Part shown: piece after piece, positions 9,395 to 19,902 of the stretch
How positions within the stretch are numbered: position 1 is the stretch's first letter
How the letters are laid out: each line of letters opens with the position of its first letter
Assembly (NCBI GenBank): GCA_963674705.1
Contig: OY771506.1
Location: 4,864,001-4,928,000, forward strand
Direction: 5' to 3'
Source: Phycisphaeraceae bacterium
Lineage (GTDB): Bacteria; Planctomycetota; Phycisphaerae; Phycisphaerales; Phycisphaeraceae
Length of the DNA: 64,000 nt
The notes under the pieces: model-generated
What the model was told of the DNA's origin: nothing
The model's database searches: none
What the model saw: the letters and a program-made list of their open reading frames with translations, nothing else
Position numbers and translations under genes: made by a program

Positions 9395-11017
9395 TCAATA
9401 CCGATACAACTTCACACGCTGCACCGTCCACTTTCCATCAAATAGATGCACGTGCCTGCCTTGATGCGTTTCATCGCCGTTCAAGTAACGTCCGCCGATC
9501 CATTCACCTTCCGTGTCGAAAAAACCTTCCTGCACCGAATCGAGTCCGATCCTTCCTTCGCTATTGGCCGGCTCAAACGTGACAACAACACCCATCCCGA
9601 CGATCACAAACGCCTCCGGCTTAATCTGAATAATCATCGCCGCGCCACGCGGCGCTGCGGGCGGCGCTTCCCAACGACCCGGACCGAACGTCGGCAATGA
9701 AGTTACTTCAACCTCCCCAACACCCGGCGGCCGATCAAACTTTGCTTCAAATACCACATCGCCTAACTCACCACGCTGCGGCCCATCCGCCACTTCCCAA
9801 TTAAAACCAACCTGCGGTGAAAGCCCGAGGATTTTTCCTTCCTGTTGCGCTTTGAGAATCATCGGCGACATGCCGGCCAGTGTGCCGTAGCAACTCGCCA
9901 GCAGTTTCGCTTTCTCATCATCAACATTCTCGATCGAGAACGGCCCGACGCCGATCGCGTTATGCGCCCCGATCGCATACACCACATTCCCCGAGGCCCG
10001 CATCGATGGCGCCATCTCCGGGATAAACAGCGGATTGTTGTTCCGCACGTACTTCTCGCACCATTCCATGAAGTTCGGGAAGTAGATGTCCGGGCAGATC
10101 ATGTCAAGTGTTGGCGCACCCGCTAACCAGACTTCCATGATGTGCGGCAGCGGCGCACCACTCGGCCGCTGATGCGGTCGATAGCCCGGACGTACTAACG
10201 CCGCGTTCGTAAACATCGGTAGTGCATACTCAGCCTTACCCGCCGCCGCGACCTTCTCGACATAATTCGCAAACTGCCAGGCGCTAAACACCTCATCCCC
10301 CTCCGGCTCACCGCCAAACACCTGCGCCCACGTCCCCGATTCCTTCGCCCCCGCCTGACGCCATATCTCCGTCACCTCCGGCCCAAGCTGACCATCCACC
10401 AACAGCTCCAACAACTGCGCAGGTACTTCATTTTCATACACAAATAGTGACTGCTTTGAATGATCGCGTGGCTCGGGGATCATGCCGATCTCATTCTCCA
10501 CCTGCGCCATGATGACCGTACACTGCTGCGCATCATAATCGTGCGTCCACCGCATCAACTGTGCAAATGCGCGTGCATCCGCCTTATTCGCTTCTTCACA
10601 TGCCGGGCTGATGATCTCTTCCATCTCACCGGAACTTTGACACACGCGCGTAAACCGCTGCGCATCGCGCTTCACCCAACTCGGCGCGTAACACGACATG
10701 CTGTTCTTCCACGTGCCGAACCACAGGTACACCAGCTTGATGTCGTTCTCTCTCGCCAAGTCGATCGCGCCCCGCACCAGCGTAAAATCAAACTCGCCCT
10801 CCCTGGGTTCGATCAAATCCCAATACACCGGCAGCATGATCATGTTCAAATGCATCTGCCTGCACTTGACCATCGCCGCTTCAAGCGACTTCAAATCAGA
10901 AGCCGTCGAATTACCAAGCTCCCCGCCCAGCCCAAGAAAAGGTTCACCGTGCACAAATAGTTGCGTAACGTCACCGACCTGCCGCAACTGTGAATGAACC
11001 TCTGATCCCACAACCAC
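9395..11017 (-). CDS. GH35-like beta-galactosidase with DUF5597 C-terminus
   Basis: GGELGNS, YWDLIEPREGEFDF, LWFGTWKNSMSCYAP, QVENEIG, PLFIPE, LNGDET. Confidence 0.8.
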   Translation of the reverse strand: MVVGSEVHSQLRQVGDVTQLFVHGEPFLGLGGELGNSTASDLKSLEAAMVKCRQMHLNMIMLPVYWDLIEPREGEFDFTLVRGAIDLARENDIKLVYLWFGTWKNSMSCYAPSWVKRDAQRFTRVCQSSGEMEEIISPACEEANKADARAFAQLMRWTHDYDAQQCTVIMAQVENEIGMIPEPRDHSKQSLFVYENEVPAQLLELLVDGQLGPEVTEIWRQAGAKESGTWAQVFGGEPEGDEVFSAWQFANYVEKVAAAGKAEYALPMFTNAALVRPGYRPHQRPSGAPLPHIMEVWLAGAPTLDMICPDIYFPNFMEWCEKYVRNNNPLFIPEMAPSMRASGNVVYAIGAHNAIGVGPFSIENVDDEKAKLLASCYGTLAGMSPMILKAQQEGKILGLSPQVGFNWEVADGPQRGELGDVVFEAKFDRPPGVGEVEVTSLPTFGPGRWEAPPAAPRGAAMIIQIKPEAFVIVGMGVVVTFEPANSEGRIGLDSVQEGFFDTEGEWIGGRYLNGDETHQGRHVHLFDGKWTVQRVKLYRY

Positions 11018-11136
11018 CTCCTGAGAATAGACCCAGCCCGTATTTTACCTCCAGCAATCCCCGAAGTAAAACGTTTTCCTTTGACCCTGATTTGTATATT
11101 CGCCCCCGCTGCTACCCCGCAGCAATGCCCGGGCAC

Positions 11137-12153
11137 TCACCCGCCGATTATCACCACCGCCAGTGACACCACGCTGATCGCAAACCACAACATCACCCCC
11201 TGCAGCAACGGCTTCCAGCCTGTATGGGCGAGCATGCGGCGCGACATCCCCGCACCGATCAGGAACAATGTCAGGGTCAATCCCGTCTTCGCCAAATCAA
11301 CCAGCGAGGGCGACCACTGCGTGACCTGGGGCGAAACGGTCCTGGCAACACTCGCCAACAGAAACAATCCAATGAACCACGGGATCGGCGCTTTGAGCCG
11401 CCGCGGCTTGTCACTCTCACAACAACGGTTTGCCACGCGCTGCTGACGCCAACCCAGTAGCAGACAGATGGGGATGATCCACAACGTTCTGCTGAGTTTG
11501 ATCGCTGCCGCCACTTCCAGCGCACGCTGGCCGTACACCTGCGCCGCGCCGACGACACTGCTGACATCATGGATCGCTACACCCGCCCACACGCCGAACT
11601 GCTCCTGCGATAGACCGATCGCGTGACCGATGATCGGAAAGATCAGTAGCGCTACAGCGTTCAGGATGAAGACCGCCCCCATCGATACCGTGATCGCTTC
11701 AGGCCTCGCCTCGATCACCCCGCTGACCGCCGCGATTGCGCTACCGCCGCAGATCGCTGTGCCGCTTCCGATGAGCTTGGATACCGCAGAATCCACGCCC
11801 AGCTTTCGGCCGGTCCACGCAGCCAGCGCCAGTGTCAGCAAGATCGTGAACGCAGCGAAGCCCGCGCCTCTCGCGCCCGCCTGCAACACCGCCGGCAGGT
11901 TCATCCCAAATCCGAGCAACACCACCGATCCCCGCAATAGCGGGTTCACCCAAGGCTTGACCCCCTCGGTAAACGGATTGCCCAGCGTCAACGCCAGCGC
12001 GACGCCTAATCCCAACGCGATCGGCGGAGATGCCCAAGACGTCAGGCAAAACAAGGCAAACAAGGTAAATAAAAAGGCCGCAACCTTACCCCGGGCAGGC
12101 ATGGGCGGGTCGTCATCCGGGGCTAAATTCGTCGTGTTTTGCGTGTTATTCAT
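11137..12153 (-). CDS. YeiH-family membrane transporter (putative sulfate exporter)
   Basis: Multi-TM; GTAICGGSAIAA, AIHDVSSVVGAA, KLSRTLWI; divergent from a LysR gene. Confidence 0.9.
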   Translation of the reverse strand: MNNTQNTTNLAPDDDPPMPARGKVAAFLFTLFALFCLTSWASPPIALGLGVALALTLGNPFTEGVKPWVNPLLRGSVVLLGFGMNLPAVLQAGARGAGFAAFTILLTLALAAWTGRKLGVDSAVSKLIGSGTAICGGSAIAAVSGVIEARPEAITVSMGAVFILNAVALLIFPIIGHAIGLSQEQFGVWAGVAIHDVSSVVGAAQVYGQRALEVAAAIKLSRTLWIIPICLLLGWRQQRVANRCCESDKPRRLKAPIPWFIGLFLLASVARTVSPQVTQWSPSLVDLAKTGLTLTLFLIGAGMSRRMLAHTGWKPLLQGVMLWFAISVVSLAVVIIGG

Positions 12154-12207
12154 GCTGGAAGTCTACAACCCGAGATATATCAATCAAATAGATGGATTTA
12201 ATAGAAT

Positions 12208-12226
12208 CCATAAGTTATATTTATGG
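12208..12226. promoter_or_regulatory. LysR-type T-N11-A operator
   Basis: CCATAA-GTTATAT-TTATGG palindrome in the yeiH/LysR divergent gap. Confidence 0.65.
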
Positions 12227-12227
12227 C

Positions 12228-13121
12228 ATGAATCCTATCCATCTGGCGGCGTTTCGGGCGGTCGTGGAATCCGGGGGGTTTGTGCGCGCCGCCGAGTTAT
12301 TGCACATCAGCCAGCCCGCCGTCTCCTCACACGTCGCGGCCCTGGAACTGGACCTGGGCGTCAAGCTCATCAACCGCCTGCCCACCGGCGGCGTGCCCAC
12401 CGAAGCAGGACGATTGCTGCTGACCTACGCCAAGCGCTTTGAAGCGATCGAGGCAGAAGCACGCGCCGCGCTTGTAGACCTGGCCTCACACCGGCGCGGT
12501 CGACTCACCGTCGGCGCCAGCACAACCGTCGGCGTGTACCTGCTGCCGCTTCTGCTCGGGCGCTTCCACGAAACGTACCCCGACATCGAATTGACCACCG
12601 TCATCGACAACACCGAGCACGTCTGCACACAACTGATCGACGGCGTCATCGACCTTGGCATGACCGAAGGCGAACCCATCGAACCATCCATGCCGCTGAA
12701 TTCTTCCGTCGTTCATGAGGATGAACTGGTTCTGATCGCGCCGCCTAAACATCCACTTGTATCGAAGAAGCGGGTGACCGCGAAGATGCTCGCCGGTGAA
12801 GGTTTCATCGAACGTGAACCCGGCAGCGGCACACGAGCCGTCGTCGAACATGCGTTCGCCGATGCGGGCGTCAATCGCCGGATCGAACTGGTGCTTGGCC
12901 ATACCGAGGCGATCAAGCGAAGCGTTGCTGCGGGCCTTGGTGTCGCAGTCGTCTCCAATCTTACCGTCCGCAACGAAGCCGACGCCGGCACGCTCGCCGT
13001 AATCCGCCCGGTCGGCCTGCGCCTGAAGCGCCCACTGTGGCTGCTGACCCGCCGGGGTTACTCACCATCACCGGCCGCCGCCGCGTTTGTACGCATGCTG
13101 AAAAACATCAAGCACAAATAA
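12228..13121 (+). CDS. LysR-family regulator (CysL/YeiE-like)
   Basis: HTH GGFVRAAELLHISQPAVS; GASTTVG; REPGSGTR. Confidence 0.93.
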   Translation: MNPIHLAAFRAVVESGGFVRAAELLHISQPAVSSHVAALELDLGVKLINRLPTGGVPTEAGRLLLTYAKRFEAIEAEARAALVDLASHRRGRLTVGASTTVGVYLLPLLLGRFHETYPDIELTTVIDNTEHVCTQLIDGVIDLGMTEGEPIEPSMPLNSSVVHEDELVLIAPPKHPLVSKKRVTAKMLAGEGFIEREPGSGTRAVVEHAFADAGVNRRIELVLGHTEAIKRSVAAGLGVAVVSNLTVRNEADAGTLAVIRPVGLRLKRPLWLLTRRGYSPSPAAAAFVRMLKNIKHK

Positions 13122-13138
13122 ACCGCTGAGCGGCGATC

Positions 13139-13342
13139 GCCCCGAAGGGGCGCCGGGTTGTAGCCACGGGTGAAGCGCAGCGCAACCCGTGGAAGTGTGA
13201 TGCATCTTTCACACTCACCCCGGCGGGGTGAAGGGTTTGTTTGCGCCGCCCCTGCCGGGGCGGGTTAGTAAAAATGGACCACTCGATGTCCACGGGTTGC
13301 GCTGCGCTCCACCCGTGGCTACATGCCGCAACCCCTTCGGGG
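13139..13342. repeat. Long inverted-repeat REP/REPIN-like element (GTAG type)
   Basis: CCCCGAAGGGG..GTAGCCACGGGTGAAGCGCAGCGCAACCCGTGGA pairs with TCCACGGGTTGCGCTGCGCTCCACCCGTGGCTAC..CCCCTTCGGGG. Confidence 0.8.
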
Positions 13343-13490
13343 TATGCCTGCTTCCTGACGGCTAATCAGAACTCTGACATTCCAACCAATACCACAGATC
13401 TTGGTGACAACTGATACACGGCGATCTACGATCGCCCGCTAAATAGGAGAAGCGTCTTATTATTTGTTAACAACGAAGCGTGCTTGTTTA

Positions 13491-14978
13491 TCAACTGTAT
13501 GACGAATCCTCACGCACCTCGGCCGTGTAGTTCGGGCTTTCCTTGGTGATGCTGATGTCGTGCGGATGCGACTCGACCAGCGAAGCGCCACTGACGCGCA
13601 CGAACCTTGCTTCTGTCTTCAGTGCTTCGATCGTCTGTGTACCGCAGTAGCCCATCCCGGCCTTCAACCCGCCGACCATCTGGTACACGAAGTCGGACAG
13701 CGGCCCGCGGTACGGCACGCGGCCTTCCACGCCCTCGGGCACCATCTTGTCACGCTCCAAACCCTTCTGGCTATAACGGTCGGCCGAACCCTTCATCATC
13801 GCGCCTTGCGAACCCATCCCGCGATACGTCTTGTACCGCCTGCCTTGATGGATCACCATCTCGCCGGGCGATTCATCAAGACCGGCAAACAGCGAACCAA
13901 GCATCACGCACGACGCACCGGCGGCGATGGCCTTGGTGATGTCGCCCGAATGACGGATACCGCCGTCCGCGATGACCGGCACACCCGCGCCGTCCGCCGC
14001 TCGGCAGCCGTTCGCGATCGCTGTGAGCTGCGGCACACCCACACCCGTCACGACGCGCGTCGTGCAGATCGAGCCTGGCCCGATGCCGACTTTCACCGCA
14101 TCCGCGCCGGCTTCGATCAGGTCCTGCGCCCCGTGTTGCGTTGCGACGTTGCCGGCAACAACATCGATCGAATACCGTGACTTGATCGCCTTGACCGTCT
14201 CGATCACGTTCGAGCTGTGCCCGTGCGCCGAGTCGACCACCAGCACATCGACCTCTGCTTTAATCAGTTCATCCACGCGGTCGAGTTGATGCACGCCGAC
14301 CGCTGCCCCCACACGCAACCGGCCACGCTCATCACGACACGCCAGCGGGAACTGGCTCAGCTTCTCGATGTCGCGCATCGTGATCAGGCCCGTCAGCCGC
14401 ATATTGTCATCAACCAGCAGCAGCTTCTCGACCTTGTTCTTATTGAGGATCGCGTGTGCCTGCTCCAGCGTCGTGTCCGGCTTACCCGTCACCAGCGGAT
14501 CGGCCGTCATCACTTCGCTGATCGGCCTGTCGTCTTCCGAGAGGAACATCATGTCCCGGCGGGTGATGATCCCGACGACGCGCCCGGTCGTTTTGCCGTT
14601 GTCTGTGATGGGCACGCCGGAGATATTCTGCTCAGCCATGAGTTGCCGGGCCTTGCTCGAAGGTGCATCCGGCGGCAGGGTGACGGGGTCGGTGATCACG
14701 CCGTTGGCCGAGCGTTTGACTTTCGTCACCTCGCGGACCTGCTGGTCGATCGACAGGTTCTTGTGGATAAAGCCCAGCCCGCCTTCCTGCGCCAGCGCGA
14801 TCGCCAGCGCGGACTCGGTGACCGTATCCATCGGCGCCGACAGTAGCGGGATATTCAGCCGGACGTTCGCGGTGAGTTGTGTTGAGGTATCCGCCAAGGC
14901 GGGCACGACATCGCTGCGTGCGGGGGTAAGCAGGACGTCGTCGAACGTGATGCCATCGCAGAGAATTTTGTCTTCCAT
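13491..14978 (-). CDS. guaB: IMP dehydrogenase
   Basis: [12 protein letters not shown] pair, [26 protein letters not shown]. Confidence 0.98.
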   Translation of the reverse strand: MEDKILCDGITFDDVLLTPARSDVVPALADTSTQLTANVRLNIPLLSAPMDTVTESALAIALAQEGGLGFIHKNLSIDQQVREVTKVKRSANGVITDPVTLPPDAPSSKARQLMAEQNISGVPITDNGKTTGRVVGIITRRDMMFLSEDDRPISEVMTADPLVTGKPDTTLEQAHAILNKNKVEKLLLVDDNMRLTGLITMRDIEKLSQFPLACRDERGRLRVGAAVGVHQLDRVDELIKAEVDVLVVDSAHGHSSNVIETVKAIKSRYSIDVVAGNVATQHGAQDLIEAGADAVKVGIGPGSICTTRVVTGVGVPQLTAIANGCRAADGAGVPVIADGGIRHSGDITKAIAAGASCVMLGSLFAGLDESPGEMVIHQGRRYKTYRGMGSQGAMMKGSADRYSQKGLERDKMVPEGVEGRVPYRGPLSDFVYQMVGGLKAGMGYCGTQTIEALKTEARFVRVSGASLVESHPHDISITKESPNYTAEVREDSSYS

Positions 14979-15027
14979 GTATCACAGATACCGCCGTAAG
15001 CGCCTGTCGTCAAGCCGGGGGGGGGGG

Positions 15028-15137
15028 AGAAAAGCAGGAAACCCAGAAAAGCAGAAAATAAGAAAAGCCGTTAGCCGTAGCCGTTAGCACAAATCATAAA
15101 TCACAAATCCTAAATCATAAATACAATTCCCCCACCC
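15028..15137 (-). repeat. Partial reverse-oriented copy of the composite heptamer element
   Basis: 15065-15137 is a close reverse complement of about 25683-25765 (TTAGCCG array, AAATCAT/AAATCCT array, AATTCCCCCACCC); preceded by an AGAAAAGC-like 8-mer array. Confidence 0.75.
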
Positions 15138-15149
15138 GATATCCGAAAT

Positions 15150-15179
15150 AAAAACCGGCCGTCCATGAAGGACGGCCGG
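15150..15179 (-). terminator. Rho-independent terminator after the pilin-like gene
   Basis: CCGGCCGTCC-loop-GGACGGCCGG followed by a T-run on the minus strand. Confidence 0.75.
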
Positions 15180-15231
15180 CGTCAGATTTTTTACTTTTCA
15201 GCCCCGAACAAGCGGGCCGAAGGCTTTGAAC

Positions 15232-16071
15232 TTAGTCGCTGGCAACGTCGGCGTCATCATAGCCCCACGACTCGTAGCCCAGCAGAGCGTTGGACGATTC
15301 ATCCCAAGTCACCGTGGTGTCGCTGACGAGGTCCGCTTCTGGATCACTAGTATCTTGCTCCATGCTGAAGAGGCGGTCGCCTTCGATGTTGGAGAAGGAA
15401 CCGTACTTGGTGTCCTGAAGGTCTGACTGCTCGAAGGAGGCGCTGCCGTCGCCGCGACCGACGCTGCCTGCCCAATCGGCGTCATCTTCCGAGGTGTGGA
15501 TGCTGTAGAGGTCTTCGTAGTTGCCGATATCACCACGGGCACGGTCGGTGACGAGCACGGCCTGGGTGTTGATCGACTGCTTCCATTCACGGGCACGGCC
15601 GGATTCACTCGGACGGATCTTGGAAGTTGCACTGAAGGTGCCCGTACCATCGTGGATGTTCAGCATCGCGTAGGAATAGTTCTGGGTCGTCACGTCATCG
15701 GTGGTCCAGGCGGTCTTGGTCTCAGCCGGGCTGATGACGTAGTCGCCACTGAAGTTGTTGTTGTCCAGCATGATCCAGAAACGGGCTTCAACGGTGCCGC
15801 CTTGGCCGGATGCACCGGTCTTGGAGGTGTTGACGTTGCCGTCGTCGTAAATGATGTAACCCTTGCTGTCGGTACCGGGCATACGCTCCTTGTTACCGCC
15901 GGCGTAGGTGACCATGCCCTGGCAGATGCCGCGGACCTGGGTGGTGTTCTTCATCTGGCGAGCCGCACGGCGAGCTGCACCCAGCGCGGGCAGCAGGATG
16001 CCGATCAGCAGCGCGATGATCGAGATGACCACGAGCAGCTCGATCAGGGTAAAACCTTTGGATCGTTTCAT
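15232..16071 (-). CDS. Prepilin-type N-terminal cleavage/methylation protein (planctomycete DUF1559-like)
   Basis: [34 protein letters not shown]. Confidence 0.9.
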   Translation of the reverse strand: MKRSKGFTLIELLVVISIIALLIGILLPALGAARRAARQMKNTTQVRGICQGMVTYAGGNKERMPGTDSKGYIIYDDGNVNTSKTGASGQGGTVEARFWIMLDNNNFSGDYVISPAETKTAWTTDDVTTQNYSYAMLNIHDGTGTFSATSKIRPSESGRAREWKQSINTQAVLVTDRARGDIGNYEDLYSIHTSEDDADWAGSVGRGDGSASFEQSDLQDTKYGSFSNIEGDRLFSMEQDTSDPEADLVSDTTVTWDESSNALLGYESWGYDDADVASD

Positions 16072-16525
16072 TTCATTCGCTCCTAACTAATTGTGTTGTG
16101 ATGGAATCACACACGAAACCATGGATGAACGCTATCGGCTTCGAGTTTGATCCTGAGTGCGGGGGGCCATTTTGATCCGCGTTCGATGAACACCGTACGC
16201 GACATAATGGACAGAGATAATGGCGTATTTGCCCGGCCCGTTTCTCAGCTCTCTCTTAAACCGTCACGTTCGCTCGGGGTGAACCGTTCACCCCTTACAA
16301 ATCGTAATCATACCATTTTCAAACACGGGGGAAGATTTGCGAATCATTAAAAATCCTCCCAGTGCACGTAATATTGTAGCATAATCGCCTGCCATCCGTC
16401 CATGAAACAGATAAACAACGCTTAAATACATGTAATCCCTTTATTATAAAGCCCTTATAGTTTCATGTGAATCTGGGGTACGCCGGCAACCGCCCCCAGA
16501 ACCACCACCTCGCTATCATGAACCC

Positions 16526-17551
16526 ATGACCGAACTTGGCCGTAAAGATAAGCCATGCCACCCGATCGGACGCCCACGCCGGCTGAGGCGGTCGGCAGTG
16601 CTGCGCGATGCCCTGGCGGATACCCACATCCCCCCCGCCGCCCTGATCTACCCGCTGTTCGTCAGCGAGTTGGATGAACCCAAGTGCGTCGCATCGATGC
16701 CGGGCATCAGCCAGTTGCCTGTGCACCTCGCGGTGCAAACCATCAAGCAGCTATCAAGCGATGGCTTGCGACAGTTCATCCTCTTCGGCGTTACACCAGG
16801 TGAAAAGAAAGACGCGACAGGCAGCTACGCCGCGCATCCCGATGCGCCGGTGAACCGTGTTTTAAAAACCGTGCGCGATGCGGGACTCGATGTCGTGATG
16901 CACGCGGACCTGTGCTTCTGCGAATACACAACACACGGCCACTGTGGCGTACTCTGCGATGATGCGCAATCCAACAAACGCAATTCACCCATCGTCGATA
17001 ACGATGCAACGCTTAAGAATCTCGGTAAGACCGCGGTCGCACAAGCGCAGGCCGGCGCCGATGTCGTCGCGCCGTCGTGCATGATGGACGGCATGGTTTG
17101 CGCAATACGCAACGCACTCGACGAAGCGAACCACACGCAAACCGCTATCCTAAGTTACGCCATCAAGTACGCATCCAACTTCTACGGCCCGTTCCGCGAT
17201 GCCGGCGAAGGCGGCATGACCTTCGGCGACCGCAAGGGTTATCAGATGGACTATCGCCGAAGTCGGGAATGGCGCACCGAACTGCAAGCCGACCTGGATG
17301 AAGGCGCGGACATGGTGATGGTCAAGCCGGCTGCGACATATCTGGACATCATCAAGAGCGTGCGCGAAGCGTGTGATGTGCCCGTGGCCGCGTACCACGT
17401 CAGCGGTGAATACGCCATGCTCCACGCCGCAGCGGACAAGGGTTTGATCGACCTGAAAGAAGCAGCGCTCGAAACCACCTACGCGATCCGTCGCGCCGGC
17501 GCCGACCTGATCGTCACCTACTTCGCCCCGCAGTTACTAAAGTGGCTCTAG
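16526..17551 (+). CDS. hemB: Porphobilinogen synthase
   Basis: RPRRLR, CFCEYTTHGHCG, FYGPFRDA, MVMVKPA, AYHVSGEYAM. Confidence 0.97.
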   Translation: MTELGRKDKPCHPIGRPRRLRRSAVLRDALADTHIPPAALIYPLFVSELDEPKCVASMPGISQLPVHLAVQTIKQLSSDGLRQFILFGVTPGEKKDATGSYAAHPDAPVNRVLKTVRDAGLDVVMHADLCFCEYTTHGHCGVLCDDAQSNKRNSPIVDNDATLKNLGKTAVAQAQAGADVVAPSCMMDGMVCAIRNALDEANHTQTAILSYAIKYASNFYGPFRDAGEGGMTFGDRKGYQMDYRRSREWRTELQADLDEGADMVMVKPAATYLDIIKSVREACDVPVAAYHVSGEYAMLHAAADKGLIDLKEAALETTYAIRRAGADLIVTYFAPQLLKWL

Positions 17552-17562
17552 CCGCTTGCGGC

Positions 17563-17910
17563 TTAGCGTTCTTTCTCCGCTGTTTCTTCCCCCTCCCATG
17601 TTTCTTCCATCTGCATCTGATCGAGTTCTTTGTGCCGACGCTCCGCGTGCCGGATCACCTCGGCCTCATCGATACCGAGTTCCTCGAAAGACTTGTCGAA
17701 CCCGATCGCCTTACCACAATCCGGGCAACGCGGCACCACGAGGTTAGTCAGGTTGTACCCACAATGATCGCACAGCCGTGGCGTATCCATGCGGTCTTTG
17801 ATAAGCACCCGGCTGCGACGACTCTTCACCAATGACACCAGCATCAGTATCACCAGGAACAAACCGATCGCAATCGTCGCAATGGTGTACGGATCTGATA
17901 AATGGTTCAA
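17563..17910 (-). CDS. Hypothetical membrane-anchored Zn-ribbon protein
   Basis: N-terminal TM; CDHCGYNL..RCPDCG. Confidence 0.7.
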   Translation of the reverse strand: MNHLSDPYTIATIAIGLFLVILMLVSLVKSRRSRVLIKDRMDTPRLCDHCGYNLTNLVVPRCPDCGKAIGFDKSFEELGIDEAEVIRHAERRHKELDQMQMEETWEGEETAEKER

Positions 17911-17965
17911 GGGTACACCCGTTTCACTTCATTCGCGTCTATTTGCGTTCATTCGCGGTTAAACA

Positions 17966-19726
17966 TCACAACCCATATTCAGTCCACCGCCGATCAACCA
18001 TATCCTTCATCGTCTGATCCATCTTGAGAATCTCCGGCCAGTCTCGCACCGGATTGCCGCCAACCTCTTCGCCCGCAATCTTACGCGTCGCATCGAATCC
18101 GATCTTGTGCCCCGCGCCCAACCGTGGCGCTGCGTGATCTAAAATATCCAACGGCCCGTTAACGATCTCGATGTCACGCCCCGGGTCAACATTCGCGCAC
18201 AGGTGAAACATCACCTGCTCGTGATCATGCACATCCACATCGTGATCGACCACGACGATCATCTTTGTCCACGCCATCTGTCCCGCCCCCCAGACCGAAT
18301 GCATCACCCGCCTTGCCTGCAGCGGGTATTCCTTCTTGATCTTGATGAACGCGCAGTTATGAAACGCGCCGAACATCGGCAAATCGTAATCAATAATGTC
18401 CGGGATCAACGTCCGCAGCAGCGGCAGGAACAAGCGCTCCGTCGCCTTGCCCAGATAGTAATCCTCCTGAGGCGGCAACCCCACCACCGTCGCCGGATAC
18501 ACCGCTTCATGCCGATGCGTGATCGCGGTGACCGTGAACACCGGGTAACGATCGGGTAGCGAATAGAAACCGGTGTGGTCGCCGAACGGGCCTTCGAAAA
18601 CTTCTTCGTTAGGCTTGAGGCTTGAGGCTTGAGGCTTGCGAGGGTCTTTTATCCGGGGGGCATCTATCCGGGGGTCGTAGCCCGGCCCACCTGCATCGAG
18701 ACTCACGTAACCTTCGATCACGATCTCCGCATTGGCCGGCACGTGCATGTCGATCGTCTTGCACTTCACCAACGGGATACCCGCGTTATTCAAAAAACCT
18801 GCAAACAACAACTCACTCACGCCCGGCGGCAACGGCGCCGTCGCCGCATAAGGCAACACCGCCTCCCCGCCCAACACAATCGCACAAGGCATCCCCCCCC
18901 CGGAAGTATCCCCTGTCTTTATTTCCAGCTTTCCAGCTTTCCAGCTTTCCAGCTTTTCCTGCTTCGCCTTCTCCTTCCAAGCCCGCCAATGCCGTGCACC
19001 GTCATGATGCATATGCCAGTGCATCGCCGTGTGATTCTTATCGATCAACTGCGCGCGATACATCCCGATATTTCGGCTAGGTCTCGGTTCGCCCTCCGGC
19101 TTGCCCGCATCGTCCGGATGAATCGTGTACATCCCAGCAAATGTGATGTATCGCCCTTCACCTTTCGCTGTCCCCGCTTCTTCTGGCGACACCGGATACC
19201 CGCATTGACGGGGGTCGCCGTCGTCAGGCCAACACTTGATGATCGGCAATTCAAAAAGGTCGATCTCATCGCCCGTCTTCACAACCTCCTGACACGCACC
19301 GTTCTTCACAATCTTCGGCCCGAACGACGCGATCTTCGCAAGCTCAAGCCCCTTCTTGATCTTCTCGACGATCCCCGTCGGCGGCTCGGGCTTCACCAGC
19401 GCTTCCACCTTCGCCGCCAAAGATTCAAACCCGCCCGCCTCGCAACCCAGCGCCATCTCCATCCGCCGGTAGCTGCCGAACGCATTGATCAGTAATGGAA
19501 ACTTCGCCCCCTCGACGTTTTCAAAAAGTAACGCCTTACCGCCCAGCGCATGATGATGCGGATCAAACGCCTTGGCATGCTCGCTCTGCCTCGCCGCCGG
19601 CGACTTGCACATCCGATCAGCGATCTCCGTCACCTCCAGCATGGGTGATACCGGAACCTTAACCCGCGCAAGCTCCCCCTCCGCCGCCAACGCCGAAACA
19701 AATGCTTGAAGATCTTCGTATGCCAT
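17966..19726 (-). CDS. UbiD-family prFMN decarboxylase (menaquinone/futalosine-pathway type)
   Basis: MAYEDLQAF start, NIGMYR, VPANAEIVIEG, EGPFGDHTGFY, PPQED, DILDHA; carries in-frame repeat insertions. Confidence 0.93.
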   Translation of the reverse strand: MAYEDLQAFVSALAAEGELARVKVPVSPMLEVTEIADRMCKSPAARQSEHAKAFDPHHHALGGKALLFENVEGAKFPLLINAFGSYRRMEMALGCEAGGFESLAAKVEALVKPEPPTGIVEKIKKGLELAKIASFGPKIVKNGACQEVVKTGDEIDLFELPIIKCWPDDGDPRQCGYPVSPEEAGTAKGEGRYITFAGMYTIHPDDAGKPEGEPRPSRNIGMYRAQLIDKNHTAMHWHMHHDGARHWRAWKEKAKQEKLESWKAGKLEIKTGDTSGGGMPCAIVLGGEAVLPYAATAPLPPGVSELLFAGFLNNAGIPLVKCKTIDMHVPANAEIVIEGYVSLDAGGPGYDPRIDAPRIKDPRKPQASSLKPNEEVFEGPFGDHTGFYSLPDRYPVFTVTAITHRHEAVYPATVVGLPPQEDYYLGKATERLFLPLLRTLIPDIIDYDLPMFGAFHNCAFIKIKKEYPLQARRVMHSVWGAGQMAWTKMIVVVDHDVDVHDHEQVMFHLCANVDPGRDIEIVNGPLDILDHAAPRLGAGHKIGFDATRKIAGEEVGGNPVRDWPEILKMDQTMKDMVDRRWTEYGL

Positions 19727-19750
19727 CGCACCGTCCTGACTGTTAAAAAC

Positions 19751-19854
19751 AATTAGCCACAGATGAACACAGATAAACACGGATAAGAAAAAACAGAAGT
19801 AATATTCTCCAATTATTCCTATCTGTGTTCATCCGTGTTCATCTGTGGCTAATT
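19751..19854. repeat. Inverted decamer-array hairpin (CACAGATGAA family), copy 1
   Basis: AATTAGCCACAGATGAACACAGATAAACACGGAT...ATCTGTGTTCATCCGTGTTCATCTGTGGCTAATT. Confidence 0.9.
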
Positions 19855-19902
19855 CTTATGTCCTACTTCGCGCTCTTCGCGTCTTCGCGGTTAACTCAAT
19901 CA

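Noticed and set aside
9140..9395. FNR/Rex/Crp box upstream of nrfH (TTGTGAATATCTATCAA)
   Set aside because: Only a half match to each consensus inside generally AT-rich DNA; cannot be supported.
16072..16525. Riboswitch upstream of the pilin-like gene or hemB
   Set aside because: Only a simple GGGGTGAAC/GTTCACCCC hairpin; no recognisable riboswitch consensus.
19727..19780. N-terminal extensions of ubiD, pyrR (to 40251), accA (from 22091), the CsgG-like gene (to 3604) and rpsK (to 59381)
   Set aside because: They are translations of repeats or intergenic DNA upstream of better-supported starts.
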